Shown: in pieces, positions 1-12,779 of the stretch
Layout of the letters: every line of letters starts with the position of its first letter
Numbering within the stretch: position 1 is the first letter of the stretch
Assembly: GCA_951406725.2 (NCBI GenBank)
Contig: OX597817.1
Span: 115,630,001 to 115,694,000 of the forward strand
From: Octopus vulgaris
Lineage: Eukaryota
Reading direction: 5' to 3'
DNA length: 64,000 nt
Notes under the pieces: generated by a model
What the model saw: only the letters and a program-made list of their open reading frames with translations
Told to the model about the DNA's origin: nothing
Database searches by the model: none
Made by a program: the position numbers and the translations under genes

Positions 1-112
1 CTGCTTATCTATCCAGCAGCGTCATTTGAACGTCGATATAGTACAAAACCGTATTGTGATCAGCGATGTGTAAGAACACCTGATGGCCTGGTCGGTCACG
101 TGATCCCGTGAT
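1..112 (+). mobile_element. 3' tail fragment of SINE family C
   Basis: tgtgatcagcgatgtgtaagaacacctgatggcctggtcggtcacgtgatcccgtgat resembles the 3' part of the copy at 55920-56027. Confidence 0.45.
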
Positions 113-167
113 TTATACATATATGTATTTATGTGTGTGTATGTGTGTATGTATATGTAATTATTTA

Positions 168-388
168 TTGCCCACAAGAGGCTAAACAGAAAGTGGACAA
201 ACAAGGTAAGACAAAGGGACTAAGTCGATTACATCGACCCCAGTGCGTAACTGGTACTTATTTAATCGATTCCGAAAGGATGAAAAGCAAAGTCGACCTA
301 GGCGGAATATGAACTGAGATCGTAGCGGCAGACGAACTACCACTAAGCACTTCGTCCGGCGTGCTAACGATTCTGCCAGGTCGTCGCA
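168..388 (-). mobile_element. tRNA-derived SINE, family A
   Basis: Reverse complement reads ...ctggcagaatcgttagcacgccggacgaagtgcttag...gtcgactttgcttttcatccttcggaatcgattaaataagtaccag, homologous to 48956-49190. Confidence 0.85.
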
Positions 389-638
389 TGTGTGTATATG
401 CATTAAATGATTGATGGGAAGACAGAAGGTACTGTAAGCTTTATTTAGCACGACGGACGTTTCGGTTTGCAGTTGCACTGCTCCCTAGTGGGTAGTCAAT
501 TATATAATGGAATCGAATACAACCCACAGAGGAACAGACGAAACTTCTCCTGCACACTACTAGGAAATACCCCAAACAAGTTTTGGATAGTATATTATAA
601 AGTCTCCTATCTAAACTTTAATTTCAAAGATAACCATG

Positions 639-642
639 TATA

Positions 643-678
<36 letters not shown>

Positions 679-720
679 TGTATGTATGTATGTATGTATG
701 TATGTATGTATGTATGTATG

Positions 721-760
<40 letters not shown>
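639..760. repeat. (TATG)n/(TA)n microsatellite, representative of dozens of (TA)n/(CA)n tracts in the window
   Basis: Directly visible. These tracts produce the YIYI/MYVC/HTHT pseudo-ORFs. Confidence 0.95.
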
Positions 761-765
<5 letters not shown>

Positions 766-960
766 GATTGATTGATTCTAGCTTCAGCTCACGAGCTGGG
801 GCCATGCTGGGGCACTGCCATATATATATATATATACATATACAAAATTTAAAAATAAGATATAATCTTTATAAGAATTTATCAATTAGTTAGCGTGAAA
901 AACCTTATAAGAGAAAAATCCACCAATTTTTCTCTTAAATATATTTATTTATATTATATA

Positions 961-1208
961 GAGGGCGTTACTATACATAAATGCCACACGCTAGGAGGGA
1001 CTTTTAAAGTCAAAACTACCAAAACATATAAACACATCTTAGCGAAAGCGAGGGAATGCAATTCTCGAAGCTGCATTCTGAATTCTGTTTTTAGTGGCTA
1101 TCTTCGAGAGTTGCATTCCTTCGCTTTCGGTACATGTTTATTTATTTTGGTAGTTTTTACTTTAAGCGTCCCTCTTAGCGTCTGGCATTTATGTATAGTA
1201 ATGACCTC
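961..1208. mobile_element. Foldback MITE with about 110-bp terminal inverted repeats
   Basis: gagggcgttactatacataaatgcc...ttctcgaag (961-1070) is the imperfect reverse complement of cttcgagag...ggcatttatgtatagtaatgacctc (about 1102-1208). Spacer about 30 bp; TA on both flanks. Confidence 0.85.
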
Positions 1209-1244
1209 TATGTAATATATATATATATATATTCTAGAGACACG

Positions 1245-1305
<61 letters not shown>

Positions 1306-1798
1306 AAATATTCAATATAGATGCAGATGATTTTTAATTATTTACATTCTGTATTGCAATTATACAGGAATTCATCGAGTCGTTGACAAACATTTCGACT
1401 TGATACTTTACACATGTGTGATGGTTATTGCTTCGCGAAGAACTTTCAGAACTAAGATTACTGACGGCTATACTTACAAAGAAAAATCAAAGAACCAATA
1501 AAATCTGCCAAACCGAATTACTAATCATTCATTTCTCTGAAAAGGGTTTCTATTGATTATACACTGACGTTATTTTGCGTAAAACAATTTCTGCTAAACA
1601 GCAGTGTCCATCTTTAATGTTGAACAATCGGTACCTTAAGCTTAACTCCAGTACACTATCACTCGATTTTATGAATTAATATATATATGGTGTGTGTGTG
1701 TGTATGTGTATTTGTATGTGTGTGTATGTGTGTGTATGTTATATATACTTTTACGCGCACACATAGACACACATACACATACATACACATATACATAG

Positions 1799-1854
<56 letters not shown>

Positions 1855-1904
1855 TTATATGTATATATATACATATATATATGTGTGTATATATATATAT
1901 ATTC

Positions 1905-1935
<31 letters not shown>

Positions 1936-2246
1936 TACATATACATACATATATGTATATATATGTATATTGTTTGTATGTATATATGCATATATATCGA
2001 GACAAGAGTAGAAGGAATACGAAACCAATTAATTTAATAATTTCCTTCTTTATTTACATTTCAGCAATAACTTAGTGATAGCTATTACACGGTGAGTTGC
2101 ATAATAGCCATCAATAACATATTGTGGAAATACACGTGAAGAAGAAGGTTATTAAATTAATCGGTTTTGTTTTCCCTTTCCATTTAATGAATGTATTTTT
2201 ACACTACACTCAATTCTGCTTCTAAACAACCATCTCATGAACGCGT

Positions 2247-2292
<46 letters not shown>

Positions 2293-2422
2293 GTTTAAGA
2301 ATAAATACATCAATACATTCTTGTTATCGTATGTGTTGGGTTGTTATCAAATATATTGAATTCCATATAAATATATATTCGACATGCCAACTACAGGCTC
2401 ATACTAAAAAAATTATTATGCA

Positions 2423-2475
<53 letters not shown>

Positions 2476-2659
2476 TATACATACATATATACATGCTTAT
2501 ATATATATATATATGTGTGTATGTTCGCGCATGTCTATGTATATGCATTCTCTGTCTCTATTTCACACACACACCAACCAATATGACGATTTGCATATTC
2601 TATGAGGGACTTAATAAGAGTACTTTATAGATGTATTTGTGAAATATTTGTGGTAGAGT

Positions 2660-4330
2660 AATTTTAGATAGCTTAATATATTATGCACTCAAGATTTATG
2701 CTTGCATAAAAATCTAATAGCCTTCGTCAGATGAATTTAAGAATGTTCACGATGGCTCTTTTTAATGACAATCTATGCATATATGCTTGCCTAGAATAAT
2801 GAATAAGGACTATAAAACATTTCTGTGAGAACTATCAATAAACCTAAAATACATAATTAAACGGCCACTTCAGAACTTTAGTCAAATTCAAATTATTCAA
2901 GGACATTTGTGTTTGTGTGTATCTGCAAATCTCAGTTTTCTGAATTTGTTTTAATCTGGCATTCTGCTGCTCATCCAGTATAGTAGAAATAATTCGAGGC
3001 AATATCAGCATTAATTAATAACACTGATAATTTTAAAACAACTTTTTAATTATTGTTCTGATGTGGCGGACTTAGGATGTGACAGTTGCGTTTGCAGGTC
3101 ATCTGAAGATTGGTGAAATCAACGCCGTTAACTTCGTCTTGCCACCTTCCAGAGTATATAGTTGAAGGGGAAATCATGGATATCTCTGTATTAAGGTGTG
3201 CCAGCCTACCAAAAACACTTCATTAACTGGAGATGTGGCGTATACAAATACAGATGCTTAAAGGAAAAAAGTATGAGATATGAAGTGACAGTGGCTTCTT
3301 GCTTGCATTCATAATTTGGTTTACCTTATGTTTGCTGATTAGCTGCTCTGCCACTTCATTGCTTCATTTAGTAGTGGGGAGATTTTAAAATTTGATGTTA
3401 TGTTTGTGTATTTAAAATATTTATTTGTAAATTTAATTAAAGTTTTTTAAAGAGTTTTGTTTTTGTTTATAAATAATGTATTGGTATATACTGTATTGGG
3501 TTTGTAAATATTCAAGATACATTAAAAAGTATTTGTTGGCAGGAAATTTGTTGTGAACAAAATCAGGAAATTTTAATTAGTTGTTTATGAGTTAACCTTG
3601 TGAATTTAACTTCATAACTGATAGAGAACAAACTTGCAGATGGAAAAGTTCCTGCGTCTGATATATTAAGTGGTATTTCAAGTAAAGTGGCTTTTGCTAT
3701 TGTGTATGGAATGTTGTTTGTATCAAGAATGATAATGGCTTAAAGGGTGGGATTTATGTGGCTCCTTGAGATTCTCTGTTAAAATTAGGGAATAATATTA
3801 TTGCTTGTCTACTTCAAAAACATGTATTTTGTGAACTTTAAATATTTAAATGTGTTTAAAATGTGTTGAAATATGGGTGAATATGTGATGTGTTCAACGC
3901 TTGTTATTTTTGTACTTATGGTATATTATTAGATATATGTCAATCAGCATGTTTATACATACGCGTTCTGTTACAGGATTGTGTATATTCATAACTATGT
4001 ATAGATAAGCGACATATGCCGGACGTTTATTCTGATTTGGGATTTTATTTTTCCGAATATTTTTTTTACATGTGTCTTTTTATCAAGCCCAACTTTTTAA
4101 AATTTTTCTTTGTGATCAGCAATGGATATTTCATTGTTCTTGTTTAGAGGGCATGTAATTTTTGTAACTTAAAGATATTTTCCTGTGTCCTGACATAACT
4201 TCTGGAAAAATTCATGTATGACACCGGTCTATAATTTCTTATTTGTATTCATGTTGCTTTATTGGGTCTGTCACATATGTTTACACAGGAATATTTTACA
4301 TTTTGTATATGTTAAGAATGTGTGAGCAGT
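2660..4330 (-). mobile_element. Highly decayed Penelope-like retroelement
   Basis: Minus-strand peptide fragments resemble the Penelope RT/GIY-YIG C-terminus (LE.FL...NK..LRF..HKHK near 2900-3000). A CTGACGA hammerhead-like core follows near 2724-2730. Many stops and frameshifts. Confidence 0.45.
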
Positions 4331-4677
4331 GTATCTCATTGCGGGAGGGTTCCCACTTTTAGCGATCGAGTAGTTTTAATGCAGAGGTTTCGTGAAATAT
4401 GATTGTTTGTATATTGTTTCTGTAGAACGTGCGCGCTCTTGCTTGGGCGCAGTTGCGTGAGAATTCCGCTGTATTGATTGTCCCTTAGTGAACTGTTGTT
4501 CAGTGATTCTACAGTATATTTAGTCACAATGTTTGTCGACACTGATACTTACTTCTTCTGTTCCCTTTGTTTATTGTTCTCTTGGGGAACATAGTTATAC
4601 ACTAGAGTTAGCAGCATCTTAAGTATGTATTGTAGTTGTGCAATTTTGTCGCTGTATATATTGTAGTTTGAGGTATT

Positions 4678-5698
4678 CGTATCAGGACAATACATCTCTA
4701 GGACAATTTCCCACGGCGGCCACTACTCACTAATACAATTACCCCACTTGGTTAATTCCCCCTCTCCAATATATTAAGGAGTCTTAAATCATTATCTAAA
4801 AGTGCAAGTTATACGCGATTTCTCGCAAGTATTGTATCACATTTATGTTATCATAATTACTAACTACAGTGTTAATACGGGTTGAAACATCAAAATATTT
4901 CTTTCTAGATGGCTGTTTAGCAAATTCCGTCAAGGATTGCGTCATAAGTACTTGTTGTAATGCTTGCTCTCTTTTGATATATTTAAAAAAGTTCCAAATG
5001 TTTGGGTGGCAACAACCAGCATTTGATACTTCTGTGCCACCCTTCCACAGCATTGTTTGTTCTTGGAAACTTGAAAGTTCATCCGACGTTCTGTTGTACA
5101 TATTCCATATATCCATTCCAAGCCGTGGTTCTCGCTGTCTTCCTCTTCTACATGGTCATCCTAAGTATATATCCTCAAAATAATCTTGCAAGGGATATGT
5201 TCCTGATGGGAGTATTTCACATAAGGTTTCAAAAGTCTTTTTCCACATCCCATGTAGAAACAAAAGCTAAAACAGCTGTCATTCTCATAGAGATTGAAAA
5301 CTCTTTATCCTTTTGGTATTGCTGTTGAAATCTGTGAAATTGAATGTTTCTATAGATGATTTAACTAAAGTGAGAAAAACAACCGTTTATCTCGGCTTCT
5401 GGAAATATCCAATGTAAATTATTAATCACGGCCTTTTCAAAATCTACCATGATAGTTTTGGATGCTAAATCTTGTTTCAATGATTTTAGCCACCCCTGAA
5501 AATTTGTGTACGTAGTCTTTATCAAGTAACAGAATTTAATGGTACTGGTAAAAAATAGCGGCACCTGTAAATATGGTACACATCGGGGTTGAACTACTTA
5601 GGTATAATTGTCCTAGGGGCTTGTTGTCTTCGGGGGTAATTGTCCTTGGGGAGAGGTGTTATTGTCCATGGGTGGGGTGGGGTAAATGTCCGAGACTC
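4678..5698 (-). mobile_element. Mutator-like (MULE) DNA transposon remnant, internally deleted
   Basis: ORF 5361-5564 has TIMVDFEKAVINN...FPEAEINGCFSHFS (MULE D-FE-A and C-FH motifs). ORF 4796-5116 has HPNIWNFFKYIKREQ...YLREIAYNL. Both ends carry inverted ggacaat/attgtcc subterminal repeats. Confidence 0.85.
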
Positions 5699-6302
5699 GA
5701 GATATTTTGAGCATACATTTAGCTTTGAACATTTATTTGCGCACATATGAGAGCGTATGTTTTGTGTGTGTGTGAGTGTAGTGAGCAACGAAACCATTTT
5801 ATATTTCTTTCATACACTACCCATAGCCGTTGTGAGTAGATAATCATATCTGTTAAACTTAGTTTCATAATGGATGTAAGATGTTCCCTTTTAAAAGCTA
5901 GTCAGTAGACGACAGAAACACTGCATTTTCACTCCGAGGTAAATTGATATTAATCAGAGAGAGAAAGAGACAGGGAAGGTTTAAATTGCAGGTAATGTGT
6001 TCTTGGAATAACTGTGTATTTTGCGACAAATACTCAATCGTATATATATATAGTTATTCTTAGCGATTATCACGTTACTGCTTCCGAATGGACTATGTTA
6101 CACGTAATTCCATGTAATATGAAAAAAGATATGTGGCAGATGCAATGAGAATGTATCTTAATGTAGTAACTTTAGCAAAGTACTTAAAGCGATAGGACGC
6201 ATTCATATTACTGAGTATATAAATCAATGTAAACGTCACTAAGAACACATAAAAATAAACACATTGTAATATATATATATATATATATATATACATACAT
6301 GC

Positions 6303-6333
<31 letters not shown>

Positions 6334-9065
6334 CGCACACATACATACAGACACAGACAGATGGTATATTTTCGTATGCAAGTATATGTACGCATTCTTC
6401 CTATCTCATAAAATAGAATACAAGCTTTGTTCATGTTATATCTGCAAGATATTAGTCTATATTTATATTTTAGAGAAAGCCGTTTATTTATTTCGTTGGG
6501 TCGTTCATTTTCTTGTGCTAGATAAATGTACGTGGGAATTTGTGTGTATGTGTTTGTTTACATGTATAAATATATATGTGTGTAAATATATATGTATCTT
6601 TATATGTGTATATGTGTATATTTAGCTGTCTATCCACACCCACAAGTAGGCAAGCCTCATGTTGATATTCTGTATTGTAAAAAAATGACCTCTTTTATTT
6701 AGAGTGCTACATAGGCTTTGCAGCCTTATCTATTTTGATCCTCCTGTTTAAAGCTCATCTGAAGTTGTTTAGATTATGTCGTGTGGATTTTGCATAATGT
6801 AGTAAAATGACATTAAATTTTACAAACGCTAGGAACATGTCTACAATTATCTGGAACATGTCTACAATTATCTGGAAATTATCTTGTTGAACTTCGCATT
6901 ATTATCCTTAAATTGTAATATGTAAGATTGCAATACCTCCCTACTTCTCTCTTATTCCTTTAGTGACAAATGTACACTACTGCAGAATTACCTATTATTT
7001 TAGGCCTTAATAAAAATATATCATGTTGCAATAGTAAGAGGATTCGGAAAAGTATGTTTAGCTTGACATTTATTACGCACAAGGGCACCGAATGAAAATT
7101 TAGCTACTGTGTTACCCTTTATGATCACCATCACGACATTGACAACATTATCTCTCTACAGGACGGGCAAATAGGCAACGTGGATTATATGGCTTCATTA
7201 GTATTTTCTTTTAGCTGCACAATATGAAGCGTCATCTATATCAATGAAATATAGCCACTATAATTCATCATACATAAATGTATTACTTCTTTCAATGGTT
7301 ATCGGAATTTTCGTAGCGTATATTATATCGGGAAATTTAAACTTAGATTCTTGCAGCATTGAACTGAAAAATGATAGCATGCATATTCTATCTTCCAGAA
7401 AATGACGAACAGCAAGTTAGTAATTATTTCATACTTAAGCCATATGCATGTGAAAAAAATGTCTCTCTAAAACTACGTTGAAAATATTGCGGTATACTCT
7501 TGTAATATTATATTGCAGTATCCCGTGGTTTACACCTGAAGAGAAAGTAGGTATCACTCCGTCAACAGCAAAATGACTTTAATGATGTTCCCGAAAATAT
7601 ACCCGATAAAAAGTTTAAACAGAGAAAATATATCATCCTCTCTATTTTCTCTAAGTTTTGTACTTTATTTTCTCGTCGCAGATAGGCGTTAATGTATATG
7701 GAATTGCGTTAATAACAACCATATTTTCTGTAATCATAGAAATGACTTAGATGAATGACACATCGTATAGCTGGTGCGTGTATATATCTGTGTCCCTGTG
7801 TATGTGTGTGCGTGTGCGTGTGTGTGTGTGATAATGGTAGTATATGATAGTAATATATAGTAACATATTCTGCCACAGTTCTGTTTCCGAAACTGTATGT
7901 AAATCAGCGTAGTCACATTGTGTATGCGTATATTTTTGTATACATGTGGTAATTCATTTCATTTGTCTTTGTGCACGCGAATATAATGAATTATAATTGC
8001 ACCTCAGTTCCAATGGGTATAAAAATACAATAATAATAAATGCAAAAAAGCATTTTCATTAACTTCAAGAGATAACTGAAGTAAAATGTAGACCAAATTC
8101 CTTCAAACATACTCGATAATTTATAATACAACAGCTAAAAATATGTATAGAAATTATTAGCGTTTCTACAATATTCTCATGTTAACAAATGCTTTGGTAA
8201 CTGTATATAGGCATGTTTCCAGATTTTGATCAGAGCAGTTGTTTGCATAGTAACGTATGTCAATTCACGTAATCAAGCAATATGCAGATTCCCTTTTACT
8301 TGAATTAATAATGTTTTAAATTACGGTTTTAAAGGTTCATGCGGTAACATTTATTAAAATAGTTACACAATCGAAATTTATAAGCAAAGGTTACAATTAA
8401 CTTCATCTATTGTTTCATAAGCATTGTGTTAGCACGTTGAATATACTGTTGATTAAAGCGCCAATATAAGCATAATAGTGTATGTTCAGACATTGTTGAG
8501 TATCAGTGTATCTATCATAAGCATTTAAATCTAATCCATAGGTATGTACAAATAAATTGTGAATATACTACAATCATGTCTCCCTCAAACTTCGCCATTT
8601 CTGAAATGTTTTATGCTGAAATTCCTGTCAAATATATTTTCAAAATCACGTGTGTTGTTTTAGTAGTTTAAGATATGTTGTTCAGTTCAAACTGCAGTCG
8701 ATCATATAAGACGCGAATACCTTAGAAGTCTGTAAATCAGAATCACCACCAGAATTATCCCAGATGTACTAAAGCTGTTGGAATCATTTTGAAATCATAA
8801 ATTCTGCGTATAAATTTGTAAGAAAATATATCGACTTTATCTTCACAGAGAGACATTGAAAGCTTAGTAGACTCTGCCTATAATAAAATGTGCTTTCTAT
8901 ATGAAGACAAAATAAAATTCTGCAGTGCATGCATGGGCATAATTCTATATAATAAATCCAAGATACAAAAACAAATCAGATCTGAATACTAAATGATATC
9001 GAAATAACTTGAGTTTTGTGAATGTTGTTATAGAGTGAGTTTAATATATCATGACTGCTTTTATA

Positions 9066-10184
9066 CGAAGGCTGTACCGAAAATAAAGCAAAACTGTTAA
9101 CTTTTTTATTGGCGGATATATCTATAATTCAAACTGCTCACTGTTGTTACAGTGTTATTTCCCATTTGGTATTTCTTTTTATTCTTCCACTGAGGTTTTG
9201 ACGAAGAGTGGTGCAGGTTGTCCGACATCTACAGGAAGAGACAAGTCATTTACAAGGATGCCACCTTTGGCAATAGTAATATGGGGAGAATAAGCATTTT
9301 AAAGAAGGAAAAACTAGCCTTAAAGTTAAACCACGCACTAGCAAACTCACAACAATTGCTCTCTGGTGGACAAAATGAATTGCACTGAGCGGCAAATCAC
9401 AATCGGTCTATCTTCGACATAACTGAACTGTGATCACAATGAATAAGAAAAGAAGGTGGAAGATATTGGGCAGTGAAAGTGTGCGCAAAGTAAGTACCTC
9501 GACAGTTAACACCCGATTTGTAGGTTAGAAGGGTCGAAGATTACTACGATCTACTGACATGAGATAAAATACGAAGGTATCTTTATGAACCAGAAATTAA
9601 AAAAATCTAGTTCGTGAGACGGATCTTGGTCAAGGATCGGCAGACTGTTATGGTATGTATTTTAGAGGTTTGGAAGGGGCATCGATCTTCCAGATTTTTT
9701 GAAACGTGCCTGTTGCGTGAATAACGAAGCTACATTTTCATACTTAGAGGAGCCATTCAGAAGAAGTGATCAAATATAACTCTGAAAAAATCAACTTTTA
9801 CAATGACAATATAATATGAACACACGTTTTAGCAATTCTGGTAATTTGCAAACTTAGTTCGGTACTTGTCTTCTACACCTATATACATCCTGGATCTAGA
9901 ATCGAAGACTTTGATGTGTTCGAATGAATGAAGCAAAGCACATTCTCCGAGGACAATAACTTGATGGCATAGCACAGGTGAAAATGGCTGTGCAGAAGCG
10001 CGTACAAACAGTGCGTACAGGAATATTTTGAAGGGGAATTGCGAAGTTGCTTTTGATTGCGACTAGGTCTGGCAATTACTTTGTACAGACGAAGATTTAA
10101 TCTACCATCACGTAATTTGTGCGACCTGAATCAGTTAATAAACAATTGATTTCCTCTTTTGCATTACTTTCGATATAACCCACG
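9066..10184 (+). mobile_element. Decayed mariner DNA transposon, near full length
   Basis: TA-flanked imperfect TIRs: cgaaggctgtaccgaaaataaagcaaaa and ttttgcattactttcgatataacccacg. Internal remnants include KVCAK*VPRQLT (WVPREL motif, about 9477-9515), an HDN-like motif at about 9800 and a YSPDLAPSD-like motif at about 9880-9915. Confidence 0.85.
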
Positions 10185-10956
10185 TAGTTGGTATTTTATG
10201 ATGTCTTAAAGTGAAAATATTCAGTTATAGATGCAGTAGATAATTATTTTTTAGACTATCGCAAAGCCACATATTTTTGCTTTGTGTTGAAACAGTCGAG
10301 CTAACTCAAGTTGAATTCATTCTATGGCTTATATATGTAAGAAATGTACTTGGTTGGCAAGCAGATTTAAATTTGCTCTATCAATGTGCATAACTAAGTA
10401 GCGCAATGTATTAGTACTCTATTACAACCCTCGTCCAATTTGATATTTGAAAGTTCTATAATGATTAGCTGTTTAAAATTAAGTGACTATATCTCTCTCG
10501 AAACCCCTTTTTTCTGCAGTATTTCTCTGTAAAACGTTTGTAAAATATATTACTGTGTATAGCCTAACTTGATATATAATTGCTGTCCTGGTCATACAAA
10601 AAAATATATATATATAATCGAAAACAAATGCTCAAGCAATTACATAATCAAATACACATTCCTTTGCCACTTTCTTCATTTCATTCATTGGTTAGCAGCC
10701 ATCCTGTGGAACTGCCTTGAAATATTTAGTCAAAGAAATTTGGTACTTATTTTCTCTGTCGCTTTTACTGAACTGCCAAGTTACGGAAACATAAATAAGC
10801 AAACGTTGGTTGTCAAGATATGGACATTTACAAATACTGGGACACTTAAAAACGCATACGCGCATGAACAGAACACTCATATTTTACTCGTATTGATTGG
10901 CGTGTGTGATTTTAACACATCTACATGATGTGAAAGAAGTCAACTACCAAAATTCC

Positions 10957-11782
10957 TGTTGTATCGACGCCCCCAGACGACGAAGTAGGCTAGCCCAATA
11001 CGTAGATATAGAGGGAGAAGACTACACGTCGTGGAAGAGTAGCAGTCGGAGGTAGAGAGTAGTAATAGAGCAGAGTTGAGTAGTTGAGGCATCCGAACGT
11101 GCAACATAACAGTGGCAACGAGGATTCGTAGCTGACGCAGCCACTGTGTAGTATTACGATATAACAGTGGTGACGAGGATTTCGTATCTCACACAGACAC
11201 TGTGTAGTATTGCGATATAACAGTGGTGACGAGGATTCCGTATCTCACACAGCCACTGTGTAGTATTGCGATATAACAGTGGTGACGAGGATTTCGTATC
11301 TCACACAGCCAATGTGCAGTATTGCGATATTACAGTGGTGTCGAGGATTCCGTATCTCACGCAGCCACTGTGTAGTATTGCGATATAACAGTGGTGACGA
11401 GGATTTCATTTCTCACACAGCCACTGTGTAGTATTGCGATATAACAGTGGTGACGAGGATTTCGTATCTCACACAGCCACTGTGTAGTATTGCGATATAA
11501 CAGTGGTGACGAGGATTTCGTATCTCACACAGCCAATGTGCAGTATGGCGATATAACAGTGGTGACGAGGATTTCGTATCTCACACAGCCAAGGTGCAGT
11601 ATTGCGGTATAACAGTGGTGACGAGGATTTCGTATCTCACACAGCCACTGTGTAGTATTGCGATATAACAGTGGTGACGAGGATTTCGTATCTCACACAG
11701 CCACAGTGTAGTATTGCGATATAACAGTGGTGACGAGGATTTCGTATCTCACACAGCCACTGTGTAGTATTGCGATATAACA
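10957..11782 (+). mobile_element. Solo-LTR-like element with an internally amplified PBS/LTR-end array
   Basis: Starts TGTTGTATCG (10957) and ends CGATATAACA (11782), a 9/10 inverted repeat with TG...CA ends. Flanks are attcc (10952-10956) and gttcc (11783-11787), a 4/5 TSD match. A 155-bp unique head ends ...CATAACA and is followed by G-TGGCAACGAGGAT, a PBS-like motif. No coding sequence. Confidence 0.7.
11112..11782 (+). repeat. Tandem array of 12 units of 56 bp (first unit 55 bp)
   Basis: Consensus gtggtgacgaggatttcgtatctcacacagccactgtgtagtattgcgatataaca. Units start at 11112, 11167, 11223, 11279, 11335, 11391, 11447, 11503, 11559, 11615, 11671 and 11727. Confidence 0.97.
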
Positions 11783-12589
11783 GTTCCAATGAATATTAGA
11801 GAAAATATTCATTTGCAGAAGTAAGGTACAGTTAAGTAGTAAAAGAAAAATAAACATTACGTTCCAAGTAACTAATCACGTTTAAGGAGATCTCATATTT
11901 TAGAATTAGTTGAAACAACATTCAATGAAACGTATCTCAGGATTTTAGTCATTTATGATTGCTACATGTAATGTCCAGTGATGCATAGTAATAAACTATT
12001 TGTTTTCGTGATGAGAATCGTGAATATCACTGCAAGTAAATTAAATTATACAGAATTGATGATTGTGTGGATAACGTCCTAGGTTAAATCTACAGTCGTC
12101 GGTATGATATTCAATTTCCTGGCTGCGTTTTATTATATTTCAAATTCTGCGTAGAAGATATTCCTGAAATATTAATTATTAGATCAACTGCAACCTTCCG
12201 TCATCTTATTTGTAGCTCCACAAATTCATTAGGTCTGTCTAGGTTAACATTCATTCAACTAGCCGACTTGTGCCCCACACCTCGCGCACAAAACTCAGTT
12301 TCGTGATTGAATGATATGTGAAGCATAATACAGACAGAACTTCACTGCAAACTTAACTATTTTCTGAAATATGCCCTGTTAGATATAACGTTTTATATGT
12401 TATGACTTGATATTAGTGCCAATGATATACAGTTAGTAAATCAGCCAAAAATATATACGTTACTTTGCTCTTGACCACGTGACAAAAATAGACGTTTGTG
12501 TTGCAACTCGAAAATCGTGCAACTAGGAGTAACGTTGCAACCTCACATTGCATTGTATTTCTTCTGTTCACAAGATACAGTGTTTGTGC

Positions 12590-12659
<70 letters not shown>

Positions 12660-12779
12660 GATGTATGTATCTTTCTATCTATCTGTTCGTCTATCTATCT
12701 ACATATCTATATATATGTATATATATATATAGAGAGAGAAAATAGTAAAAAGTGAAAAAACTACAGAAGGCTTGTTTTA

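Noticed and set aside
440-560. Hairpin plus GAAAC-gtcc-GTC on the minus strand as a hammerhead
   Set aside because: No CTGANGA box or stem I partner was found.
6832-6877. 21-bp tandem duplication (also 18 bp at 29683-29718 and about 27 bp at 12900-12954)
   Set aside because: Ordinary two-copy slippage duplications.
7533-7570. CTGAAGA motif as a hammerhead
   Set aside because: No correctly placed GAAA box or stems.
8715-8810. Possible minus-strand host exon (AG...GT bounded)
   Set aside because: The donor site is weak, the peptide is unrecognisable and there are no supporting neighbouring exons.
11112-11782. CRISPR array interpretation of the 56-bp repeat
   Set aside because: There are no unique spacers (units are near-identical over their whole length), no cas genes, and the context is eukaryotic.
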